The position numbers were made by a program, and so were the translations under genes. Positions 40,701 through 52,247 of a stretch of DNA of 64,000 nt are shown here, in pieces. The notes under the pieces were generated by a model. It was not told where the DNA came from, did not search any database, and saw nothing but the letters and a program-made list of their open reading frames with translations. The first letter of the stretch is position 1, and every line of letters begins with the position of its first letter. This DNA comes from Pseudovirgaria hyperparasitica. Its lineage: Eukaryota. The stretch lies in NCBI GenBank assembly GCA_010093815.1, contig ML996565.1; one strand, given 5' to 3'.

Positions 40701-41757
40701 CCGGAGTGGAGCGAACTCTGGTTTCGGTCTTGGGCTGGCAGCATAGCATACAATAATAGGTGAATAGTATAGGATAATTAATGGTACAATATAGTCAGTC
40801 ACTGCCAATTCATGCATGCAATAATCATGTCCCGTCAATTAATCCTCTTCACTCATCAGCCATCTCTTTCTTCTCCCTCCCTCACTCACTGATCACCGTC
40901 CAGGAGCGCCGTGACGACGACGACGACGCCGACAACGAGGCGAGCCAGCGGGTCTTGACTTGACGCGCGCCGGCCATGCCTCTACTACTGTGCCTAGTGA
41001 TTAGTTACTACTTACTACTGCTGTACTACTACCACTACTACCACTACTACCACTACTACCACTACTACTACACATCTCCGGCTGCTGACAACGAGACGAG
41101 GACTGCAGCCAGCCAGCATGTCCTTGCTTGCAGCTTCACCTCCACCTCTGTTGCTGCTCCCTTCAAGCCAACTTGCCCTGACGAGCTAACAGTAACGAGG
41201 AAGACCCATGCACCAATTCTTGCCCTATGACATCAGCCACCCGATCATCTACTACCAATGTCAGTGTATCCAACGCCAACTCTGAAAACAAGGCTGTTCC
41301 TACGTGCTGCTTCCGCCCAAGTAATAGTGCTGACTTGACGGAATCATGATGGATGGAATAGACTCGCTTGATTCCGGGCGAGTAGCAGTGGGACTATCCC
41401 GCAGCGTATAGGATGTCGTCGGATCCCTCTGGGGCGGCCTGCCTACGTACGTTAATTACACCATCCACCTAATCACTCTACCTAACCTACTTATTATCCA
41501 TCCATCCATCCATCCATCCATAATACCTAGCATGTGCCAACTCCATCTTGACCTCCATTCCCACCATGTCGCAAGCTCGCTTTTGTCTCGGACTTGACAC
41601 TTGACGTACTGTCATGCTGACTGATGTCCTGCCGCCGATCGTCAACTGGGGAACCGGGGGCATCCCTCCTCACCGCCGAATCCATCCATCCATGTACTAG
41701 ACCTAATTATGCCTGTATCCACACTCCGCCCTATGACGTCGCATTTCAAGTGTCAGG

Positions 41758-41793
<36 letters not shown>
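39825..41793. repeat. Microsatellite-rich divergent intergenic region: (GT)n, (GGT)n, (AGT/AGC)n, (CA)n, (GCTG)n ~40647-40700, (CTACTACCA)n, (TCCA)n, (AAC)n ~41758-41793
   Basis: Directly visible repeats. Confidence 0.9.
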
Positions 41794-41794
<1 letters not shown>

Positions 41795-42570
41795 TGGATG
41801 CTTGCCAACGTCTCGAGCCTCTTTCACTTCAGGCCGTCCGTATCGGGTAAATCCGCATGCGCCAAAGTCATCCTCTACCGCCACTCCTACACTAATAATC
41901 ACTACCCATCTCGATCCAACCCTCATAACAAGGAAATTGTCATCTTGGGCTTTGGCGCAAGCTCCCTAGCCCATCTACTGCCCACTTAGCCTGTTGCGCT
42001 GTGCTGTGCTGGTGCCGCGTTTCAGCCGCCCTAGTACCATCTCCAAGAGCTTGTCCCATCGGGCATCACCACCATCACCGTCTAAAATGTTGCAAGTTCC
42101 TGGAGAGAGCCGTGCAAAGTGCACATGGCACATAGTCCATCGACCTGCAACACTCTATCCATCTCCCTAAACTTCGGCTGCCTGTCTCAAGGTTTAATGA
42201 CGGGGACCGAGCGTGCTTCTGGAAGCTTTTTCCCCTTCAGTTTCACCAACTTCTATAGATGCCCAAAGATCTAAGAAGCCCGGTTCATATTGCAGCATGT
42301 ACTTTGTGCCTAGATCTTATATATGCTATTTTGAGATATCCGTCAACACCGTGCGACGCGATGCTGAACGTGCTGAATCTTCTTGCGCCACCCAGACTCC
42401 GGCCCAGGGCCCAGCCTCAGCTTGGTCTCGGCTTGCTTATGTCATGATCGCGGGGACGCGACTTTGCCAAACACGCGACGCCACAAACACCACACTGCAC
42501 ACTGCCAAGGATCCTGCTTTCAATCATCTTTTGAAAGCTTTGCGCAGAATGTCGGGCCTGTACCGGAATC

Positions 42571-45326
42571 ATGGATGAAGCTGCAGACTATGGCATGCTG
42601 TTCACTCTCACTTCCCAACTATTTTGCTAACTTCTCCTGCAGTCAACGCTCAGCGGCCTCTCGCCGGTGTCGTGCTGTGCTGTACCTCGATTGCGCCAGA
42701 GCTTCGTGTATGTGTCCGCCCTTCCCCATAGACCGTCACTCGATCTGACGAGCCCTTGCTACAGACCGAATTGGCTTCTGTTGCCCAGCAGATGGGCGCT
42801 ATTCACAAGTTTGACCTCACTTCCGACGTTACACACCTGCTCGTTGGCGACGTCGAGACGAACAAGTACAGATACGTGGCAAAGGAAAGACCAGATGTCA
42901 AAGTAGTCCTCCCGCAATGGCTGGAGGCTGTACGCCTGTCATGGATGGAGGGGGGCGAGACAGATGTTGCCGCACTCGAGACAGAACACAAAGCCCCGCC
43001 ATTGTACAAACTGCGCCTGAGCATTACCGGGTTTGATGACCGTGAGTAGCCATGCCTTCATTCTTCCATCGTCAGCCAGCTCTGATCACCCGTAGTGCTC
43101 TTTCGACAGAGCCTGTCGGAAACGATCATCTCAAACGGTGCTCATTATTCTGGCGATCTCACAAAGCAGACCACCCACCTGCTCGCGGCACGCCCAGAGG
43201 GCAAGAAATACGGCTATGCGCGCCAGTGGGGCATCAAGGTCGTTTCCCTGAAATGGCTACAAGATACCATCACGAGAGGCATGGCCCTCGACGAAGCCGC
43301 CTATGATCCGCTAAAACCAGAAGAAGAGCAAGGCAAAGGCGCATTCACCACCCTCACAACAACAACAACAGTCGTCACTGGCAAGCGCTTACGACCCGAG
43401 CAGCAACACGAGGCCTCGGGCGAACCCCAGGTCCGGAAATTGAGACGGACTGCGAGTACAAAGCTGGGCAGCCAGAACGAAAGCATCTGGGCAGACATCA
43501 CATCGCACTCTGCCACTGATAGGCGTAGAAGTGACGGTCAGTGGCTTGACTTGGACAAGACGTCTAGTGAAAGCGCAATCCTATCACTTGTCCCTCCTGC
43601 TGCAGCCAGCGCACACGCGCCTGATGTCACAGCCGAGGCGGTTCCGGAACCTCGCGCCCCGGTGCTGGAGCTTGTACAGCCAGAGGATGGCATTTTCCAG
43701 AGAAGAGTAGTGCATATCCATGGGTTCGATGAGAAAAAGGTATTCATCATGACTTCCCGGCTCCTGCTGTGCTGACTTCAATCAGACCACCATTCTTCTC
43801 CAACATCTGTCGGCCAATGGTGCCATGGCCTGTACAAGACCGGCTGAGCTAGCGGCATTACCTTTGGAGAAGTTGGAAGACGGCTTTTTGATAGTCCCGG
43901 ATGATGCCCCTGTGACGCGACTCCCTCCACTTCCCGAGCTGGCTCAAAGGCTGCTTAAAGTGACTAACTGGTGGGTGGAGAAATGCCTCCACAACAAAAC
44001 CCTGATCGATCCAACGGAAGACGCCTTGTGCAGGCCATTCGCCAAAATCCACATCAATGGTATGTTGATCCCTCGACGGGTTTGTGCTCGCTTCTGACGA
44101 AATGCTCAAGACTTTAAAGGCCTCACGGTCACGTCTACGGGGTTTACTGGGATCGACCTTTTGCATGCATCAAAAGCTGTCAATTTGATGGGTAGGATTT
44201 GTTCCAACTTTGAATCCGCAACTGCTAAGTCATGCCTGCAGGCGCGGTGTATGACGAATATCTAAAGCCAACCACCTCGGTCCTGATCTGCGGTCCATTG
44301 TCGGCCAACAAGGAAAAGCTGTCACTGGCCGCCAAGAACAGCATTCCTGCTGTCACACAGGACTGGCTCTCACATTCCATTGAATCGGGTGAGAGGAGAC
44401 CGTACAAGCAATACTTGGTCCAGCCGATTCGCTCGATCAACCATGAGACAGGGGAACAGGCGATTGAAAAGCCAAAGCCCACGAAACAACTGCCCGAAGA
44501 AGAGAAGAGCGCGGTATCCAAAGGCAAGTCCGGCGCGAGTTCGGAACGAGCAGCAGCACATGGAAGAGTCCCACAGCGGCCGACAAACGGCAAGACGAAA
44601 CGGAAGCTTGGTGGTGAGCTGCCACCACAAAATCTAGGTCGCCCTGACGACAGCATCTCCAAGCCGCTTGCTGAGCTTCCTCAAGCTACCACGTCACCTC
44701 GCCGTCGCTCCGCAACAACATCGACCAACACGTCTAACAAATCTCACAAGTCGGCGTCAGAGCAAAACTTGGACCAACCGTCACGACCATCCTCACCAGA
44801 CCCGGAGCCCGTGATGGCCGTGGAGCAGCCCCATCTCGAGAATGCTATAGCTGCGCTGCGTGCACAGAAGCAGGCCGCCCGAGCACCGTCTGCCGCGGCC
44901 CCTGAGATGCTCGAGACCAACCGACAGCGACGAAGGCGGGGATTGTTAGGCCGAGCCCACTCATCCGCCACAAGCAACACTTCCACGGGCGACCCAGACT
45001 CGCACGTCTTGACCAACCACGCCGAAGCCAGCAGTTCCAACGTCGTCGAAGCGCCCGAGTCATGGCCGCAGCAAAATGCCGACTCCGCCGCCGCCGCTGT
45101 GGTGGAGCAGGAAGCCCCGCCGCAGACCCAGTTGGTCTACGACAACCCGGAAGCCAGACGGGCAAGGGAGATACTCCTCGCCAAGATGGGCGGGAAGATG
45201 GAAGAGGAAGCGTCGCCGGCCAAGGGGATTGGCGTGGTCAAGGATCTCGGCGGTGGTAGTAGTATCGGCGCCGGCTCCGGCGTGACTGGCGGAACCACCA
45301 CGCGGCAGGCCCGCCGAAGACGATGA
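42571..45326 (+). CDS. DPB11: Dpb11/Rad4(Cut5)/TopBP1 multi-BRCT replication and checkpoint scaffold; exons 42571-42592, 42643-42707, 42765-43041, 43096-43739, 43786-44059, 44111-44191, 44242-45326
   Basis: PLAGVVLCCTSI, MGA.HKFDLTSDVTHLLVG...T.KYRYVAKERPD, LSITGF, YSGDLTK.TTHL, WWVEKCL and TGFTGIDLLH..K...LMGA.YDEYL BRCT motifs. Confidence 0.93.
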
Positions 45327-45396
45327 GTCAGTCTGCGGGCTTGGGACGATGACTCAAGCCACGGACTTACGACGATAACTCAAGTCACGGACTTAA
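45319..45396 (+). repeat. Three imperfect 26-bp tandem units spanning the DPB11 stop codon
   Basis: Units begin gacgat at 45319, 45345 and 45371. Confidence 0.8.
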
Positions 45397-45922
45397 GGAT
45401 CCACACTGACGGGGGAAATGTCAGTGTATAGCATGCACTTTTCTTGAGTACACACTGCCCAAGGCCGGCATACATCTACAGAGCCGCAACGCAATGCCGC
45501 CATGGCCCGGGCCCGCGATTCTCGCACCCAAGACTGTCGTGACTTCAACAGGGCCCCCTGCATCGCGCTATTGGAGCATTCCTGGGAACACAAGCATCAT
45601 GGAAAAACCATCCCCGGTCGACCAGCAGGGGATGATGCCAAGAGCCATGGCAGTGTATGGATTCTCAAGAGAGAGCCAAGACACAGAGGAGCGGAAGAGC
45701 CTCTTTGATGAAGGGGAGGGGAGGGGGAAGGGGATGTGTTTGGCTCCGAGTGAGTCATGTGTAGGCAAGGGCCAGCATGATGAGCGAACGAGCAGTTGGG
45801 CAAGACGGCAAGGCGTCCTGACACTGATTCGTGTTCTGCCCTGTTACTTGCTTGCTTGCTCACTCACTCACTCGCGTTACTTACGTGCTTGACGCCCGGC
45901 AATGCACGATCGATGGACATGT

Positions 45923-46029
45923 ATGCAGGTCTCAGAATGCAGGTCTCAGAATGCAGGTCTCGAATGCAGGTCTCAGAATGCAGGTCTCGAATGCAGGTCT
46001 TGGAAGTGCAGGGATCTTGAATGCAGGGT
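45923..46029. repeat. 13-14 bp minisatellite (ATGCAGGTCTC[A]GA)n, degenerating at the 3' end
   Basis: About six near-perfect and two degenerate units. Confidence 0.92.
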
Positions 46030-46378
46030 TTTCCATGCAGGGCACGGGGCTGTAGATTAGATTACGGGCCGTAATGGCCATGCATATGCATGTCGATGGA
46101 TCGATGGATCGATGGTTGGATGGGCATTTTTACGAGAATGGCGCACGAATGGCATGGGGGTTTGGTTGGTGGTGGATCTAGAATTTAGAATCTGGATTCT
46201 GGTTTCTGGGTTGTGCTGAGATGGGTGAGATGGGATGGGATGACGCTCGTGCAGTGCACTTCATACATATAGTCATACATACACACATACGCACATACAT
46301 ACACATACATACATACATACATACATACCTAGCATCCACCCCAAGCCTGACATGCCCCTCCCACCCGAAGACTACACA

Positions 46379-46462
46379 CCCGAACATCCCGAACAACCCG
46401 AACATCCCGAACAACCCGAACATCCCGAACAACCCGAACATCCCGAACAACCCGAACATCCC
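46379..46462. repeat. 18-bp higher-order repeat (CCCGAACAT CCCGAACAA)n
   Basis: Strictly alternating 9-mers. Confidence 0.95.
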
Positions 46463-47809
46463 ACCCGCACCCTCTACCAGACCCGAACCAGACCCCAATC
46501 CCCAACCGCGCCGCCGCGTTCTCGTCTACGGGTCATCAATACTGTTGCCTGTTGTTCTTCTTACTGCATCACGGCGCGTGGTCTCGCACGTGTCTCGTGT
46601 GTTTTGTATATTCCATAATGAAGCGCGTTTACGGGCCTGGCTTGGCTACGCTGTGCATGGGTATGGGTATGGCATGGTATGGGTACGGGTATGGAATGGA
46701 ATGGGGATACGAAACTACGCCATCGTATGCATTCGTGATCTTAGAATAGAATGAGTTTGTAGATGGCTTGAGGATGGATAATTACCGTTACCGAGGCCGT
46801 TTCGGGGAAACGTGCTGGGATCTGATGAGGTATGAGTGTACACACGGGGCAGTAGCACATGGGCAAATCCGAGATATGGCGGATTCGTTCTTCTGCTCTT
46901 TAGCTATCTATCCATCGGACGCAGTGCAAGCAGACGCAGACGATGCAACGGATGGTAAGGTAAGGTCAGCAAGACAACGTAAGCAAAGCCTCGTCTAGCA
47001 ATGCATACATATACCCCTGTCGCCTCTCCTCCTCCCCCTCTCCATGCTGACACGGCCAGGCTACCAGCCTCCTGCGTGCGCCACAGACAGGCAGGGGGTT
47101 CGTTCGTTTGTATTCGCTTGATTGATAGCTTGGCTGTCCTTTATGTGCTTGGGGGGTTGGGTGTCTGGGTCTTCTGGGGTTTGGCGGCTTGGGTTTGGCG
47201 GGTTGGATAGAGATGTTAGTATGAGTATTGGTATGAGTATTGGTATGAGTATTGGCATTGCCATTTCGGGCACGGAGGGCGATGAGGACAGCTGCTCGTA
47301 CTGCGAGACATTTCGGCGCTGTGCTCGTGGAGTAGTGGATCGTGGTGCTTTGTATTGATTCTTCTCTGCAGGAGGAGATGGGTGTGATTGTATGACTGTA
47401 TGACTGTGTGATGGCCCCCTCCCCTTGTCGTTCGTATGGAGCGTGGCTTTATAGGCTGGGAGGAGTATTGGCAGGAGAACGGGGATATTGGGGGGATTCT
47501 GCCGTGTGTGTGAGGCGTGGTCTGGTCTGGATGCTTTCGTGTTGCTGGGATGAGCTTGGTTTTGGTTTGTTTTGTTTGTGTGTCTGGCTGTCTGGCTGTC
47601 TGTCTGGCTGTCTGGCTCTCTGTCTTGAGCCGAGGAGCTGGATGGAGGAGTAGGAGGCCTACGTCCGATGGGATTCGGGATATCGTATTCATGGAAGAGT
47701 ATGGTGTGTTCGTGGACTGTGGTTTCACATATAAAGGAGAGCGCTGCGCGTCTTCTGGTTCTTTTCTCAGGACATTTCCGTCGGGCTCATACCATCCACG
47801 ACTTCCAAC

Positions 47810-49748
47810 ATGAGGTTTCACGTCTTTCTGGTCGTTCTGACGGCCTGCCTGAGAAACGCCTTGGCTCAGGTTGCATTCTCGTTCACCCAGGACGGCATAC
47901 TCGACGCTGCCTCCTCGACAGGGACGGAGTACAATGCGGGTGGCTCGCTGACGCTCAACGGATACGTCGTCACCGTGCCGAAGAACTTCTTCGTCGAGTT
48001 CCCGGCCAGATGGGTCCCGTGGAAGGAGTTTGCCGCCGGCTCCTTTACCGGATTCGAGGTACGTTGTCTACCACCACACCACTCACTCCTCCAAGCCAAA
48101 CTGACATGTCCGTCATGCACAGGTGAATGTGTTTGGCAACATCGTCGACGGCAAGCCCATCGCGGCCATGATGCAGATCGCCCAGAACCTCCTCCACTTC
48201 GGCACCGGCGTCGTCGAATCCGTCGACATCCCCGACGGCTCCCTCAAACTCATCGGCGGCGCCCGTCTGCGCATCAACGACCCCAACGCCGTCTTCTCCA
48301 AGGGCTCCACCGCCAGCCCCCTCTTCCAGGCCGACGACGAAAGCCCCAGCATCCAAGCCTTCTCCGGCTTCCCCATGTGCATCCCCCGCAGCACCTCCGA
48401 CGCCCTCTGCCCCAGCTCCAACCGGCCCGCCGGCCAACGCACCTTCCAGGCCCCCGACCCCCTCGTCATGGCCCCCTTCCTCGCCGGCGACCAGCTCGAG
48501 TTCAGCGGGATCCGCGCCGCCGGCACCTCCGAGATCCTCGCCTACGAAATCGCCGCCGTAAACGTCCAAATCACCACCTCCGGCACCCCGGCCTACCTCC
48601 GCGTCGAAGACGCCATCATCGGCATCGTCGACACCTCCGCCAACACCGAATTCGCAGACTCCCGCTTCATCGGCTACACCTCCGACCCCGCCGTCACCGT
48701 CCTCGTCGAGGCCATCGACATCGACCCCTGCACCGGCGACCGCTCCCTCCGCACCATCGGCTCCATCGCCCCACGCGCCGGCGACGTCCGCAACAAATTC
48801 GAGCTCCGCTCCGAAGGCTCAAACCCTACCCTCAAATACACCCGCGAGTACCGCCTCTCCGCCAACACCGGCACCAAGCAAACCAAAAACGGCCTCTCGG
48901 CAGGCGAATACATCCAGCCCGTCACCGAATGGATCTTCCCCGAACTCGACGTCCCGGGCGCCGAACCCCCCGCCCTCACTTTCGCAAACATGCCCTTCCT
49001 CACAGACGGCTGGTTCCTCGACGGCAAGCCCTACGGCCCGCTCAGCCCCTTTCCCGCCGCAAATCCGCCCCCGCCCGCGAAATCTTGCCCTGCCCCCGCG
49101 CCCTCGAGTCCTTCCTCCCCCACCCCGACCGCGAACGCAGGCCCCGACATCACCGCCCGCGCAGGCACGCTCGTCGTCCTCACCGGCTCCAACGGCGCAA
49201 ACGCAGCCCCAGACCCCGCATTCAGCACATCCTGGCGCCAACTCCCCGGCGGCGGACCAAGCATATCCCTCACATCCCCGACCGCCGCAAAAGCGACCTT
49301 CATCGCGCCCTCCGCGTCCCCGTCCGCGGCCCTAACCTTCCAGCTCACGCTTACATCCACGACAAACACGTCTCTGACATCCACGGACACGGTGTCCGTA
49401 GTTGCGAACCCCGCGCTTGCCGATGCAGTGGTGATAGATAGCTATACGTGGACGAGCAGCCAGAGCGGGACGATCAGCGTGACGGCGCATAGCAATGTGG
49501 TCGATGGGAGTCAGCGGGCGATGACGCTGACGATTGACGGGGCGAGTGCGCGGAGTGTGCTGATGACGGGGTTGGGAGGGGGCAGGTGGAGTTATAGTAG
49601 TCGGAGTGTGAAGCTGCCGGGGACGGTGAGCGTGGCGAGTGATTTGGGGGGCAGTGCGTCGAGGACGACGACGACGGCGCGGAGGAGGAGGAGGGGGGTG
49701 GGGATTGGGATGGGGAAGAGGGGGAGGATTGGTGGTTGGGGGTTTTGA
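47810..49748 (+). CDS. Secreted ~624-aa uncharacterised protein with a PKD/Ig-like (K319L-like) domain; exons 47810-48058, 48123-49748
   Basis: Signal peptide MRFHVFLVVLTACLRNALA and a 64-nt GT-AG intron. PTANAGPD...VVLTGS...SWRQ...ATFIAP...LTFQLT...DTVSV is a PKD-like pattern. Strong codon bias. Confidence 0.88.
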
Positions 49749-50045
49749 GATGGGAGAGGGGGCGTTTCTGTGTGTATATATTTCATTTTTCAGGGGGATT
49801 GAGGGGGGTCCATGTCGTGCTGGTGGTGGGGTTGATATAGTATATACTTCCTTTCTTCATTATTTCCATCTTAGCACTCTCCGTACACTACCTTACCCCT
49901 TTCATCCGTGTAGTCCTAGATGCAAGGAGCAAGATGCTCGAAAAAAAGGGGCAGCCGAGGCACGAGTCCCGGAGATAATAGTATCTGTATGTATTGTGTA
50001 TGCCAGGGAGAAAGATGGACAGGAACAACGACTTTTATGATTGAC

Positions 50046-51656
50046 CTATACTGTGCTTGCTGCCTGGTCTTGTGTAGCTGGCGGTGTACATGCCACCTCG
50101 CTTCCGACCAGTTCGTTTCCTTCCCCACTCACGGCTTCCTTCTCCTTCACATCCGTGTCCCCGTCCGCGTCCGCGACCCATTTCTTCACCCCTGCATCCC
50201 CCGCGTGCGCCGGGTCTTCCAAGCCCAATTTCCCCAAGTCCACGGCCAGCGGATCGCTCTCCGCCGTGACATCCGTTGGCCCGTCCGCGCCACTCGGCGG
50301 CAGCGCCCACTGCGGCAAGGGCGTCTCATAGCTCCACGCGCCCGTCATACAGGCGTATTTCTTCGCATGCAGATAGATGCCCAGCTCGTGCACGCCCGGA
50401 TCGCTGTACAGCGGCGTGTTGCAGCGCTCACAGATCTCGCCCGTCATCTTCTCGGCCTTGCGCTCGTTGTACGCGTCGACCATCTCGTCGTGGTACGCGA
50501 CGGCGTCGGCAACCTCGTCCTTGCCCATCCGGCTCAGCCGCGTGATGATGTCGTCCTCGTCCTCGCTCGAGGTGTGGCCGCGGCCCAGATCGGACCCGAA
50601 CACGCGCTGGTTGCAGTAGATGGGGTCGTTGGAGATCGGGTGGCCGAGGAACTGCAGGTGCACGCGGATCTGGTGCGTGCGGCCCGTGAGCGGCATGCAG
50701 CGCACAATCGAGTAGCCGCGGAAGCGCTTCCAGGCCATGCCCATGGCGCGCGCCTCCTCCTCGCTCTTGACGTCCTGCTCGGCGGCCATGCCGGTGCGGT
50801 GAGGGTAGTAGGCCAGGCGCTTGAAGACGGTGCGGGCGTCCTTGCCGTTTGCTCGCACGCGGTTCAGCCCGAGCTTGGGGTTGATCTGCAGGATGGGCTG
50901 CTCGCACACAATCTCGCCCTCGGGGAACTCGCCAACCACGCGGGCGACGTATTCCTTCTTCACGGTGCGGTCGCGGATCTGCTTGCCGAGGTCTTCGGCG
51001 GCGCGGCTGTGCTTGCCGTAGAACATGATGCCGGATGTCAGCCGGTCGAGGCGGTTGACGGGCATCGGGTAGGGGACGCGTTTCTCGGAGCGCAGGATCT
51101 CGTTGATCGAGTTGTGCAGGTAGCGGCCGGCGGGATGCACGGGGATGCCGGCAGGCTTGTTGATAACCATGATATCGTCATTTTCGTAGACGATGCCGAC
51201 GGGCTGGGCAGACACGGCGGGCTCGTGGCGGTGTTGGGTATGGCTGATCACGTCGCCATTTCTCACAATGTGGTCGGTGGGGACTTTCTTGCCGTTGACT
51301 ACGACGAAGCCAGTCTCAATGGACTTTTTCTAACCTGGTATTACTAGCCGTTCGACTGACTTCTCTCCTGAGCTCTTGATACGCACGTAATACTCCATCG
51401 ACCGGTCTCTGAACTCGCTGGCGAAGATGTCGAGGATCTCTCGTCCGCGCCATCGCTCTTTACAGTTTGTGTTGTATGTGTGGTTGTAGGGCTTGACTCT
51501 CCGCAGGCCGCCTTCAAAGAAATAAGGCTCCGGGTCATTTTCGATGGGACCTGCCTGGTATGGTGTGATTATAACCTCTGGGGGCGGCTCGAATGTTTTT
51601 GGCTTGCCCTGTTTCTTTGACGGACGAGACGGACGCTCAACAGTAGTGAGAGCCAT
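50046..51656 (-). CDS. RIB2: RluA-family tRNA pseudouridine(32) synthase, Pus8(Rib2)/Pus9-like, with no obvious deaminase domain; exons 51656-51387, 51329-50046
   Basis: YFFEGGLRRVKPY, KERWRGR, S4-like region, NKPAGIPVHPAGRY, catalytic NRLDRLTSG and PLTGRTHQIRVHLQFLGHPISNDP. Confidence 0.93.
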
Positions 51657-51837
51657 GGTTGTAGGACGTGGCAGCCGCCCGCGGCGCAGAAGATATTCGA
51701 GAACGCGGGGAGACGGAGCCACGGTTTTTCCTTGTGCGTGATCAAACTCTCTACATGCGCTGAGGTCTTGGTTGGAGTCAGTTCAAAAATTACTTAATAC
51801 CTCCCTCGTTAGTCCCGCCAGGGTCTCGTGAATATTG

Positions 51838-51849
51838 ATGCCTCAGGCA
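51838..51849 (-). promoter_or_regulatory. TGCCTGAGGCAT palindromic candidate promoter element
   Basis: TGCCT-N-AGGCA palindrome. The 10-mer is shared with the LAS1 promoter. Confidence 0.35.
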
Positions 51850-52247
51850 CCACTATACAGACCTTCAACCCGTCCCGTGTAGTCGTGGCTGGCCATTCGT
51901 AGATTGGACGCCCAGACCTATATATATTTTGGGCATGTGTTGTGAAACTCAAATAATTGTCAATATCTAAGGGTCTAAACATAGGTAATTCCTATATAAC
52001 AGCAATATGTCGCTTGGTATATAACACATGTACTAAACACAGCTGGCTGCGTGCATTCAGTTCAAGGTGCATGTTCATCCCGCAAATGGGGCGTGAACCT
52101 GGCATCATTTGAATCTCATCACACCGCTGCTGCTGCTCCCCGTCTTTAATCTTCCTTACATTCCAGCCAGTCATTACGCCCGTAGACTTTGGTAGGCGGC
52201 CATATATCGATTCTCACGCACTTCCACGCTCCGCGTTCCACGTTGAT

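Noticed and set aside
45923..46029. CRISPR-like appearance of the repeat array
   Set aside because: No unique spacers, units too short, eukaryotic context, no cas genes.
47810..49441. 543-aa Arg/Pro-rich ORF
   Set aside because: Read-through of the intron into a shifted frame. C-rich codon bias removes stops.
49920..51347. 475-aa ORF antisense to the pseudouridine synthase
   Set aside because: Shadow ORF from GC-rich codon usage, with no motifs.
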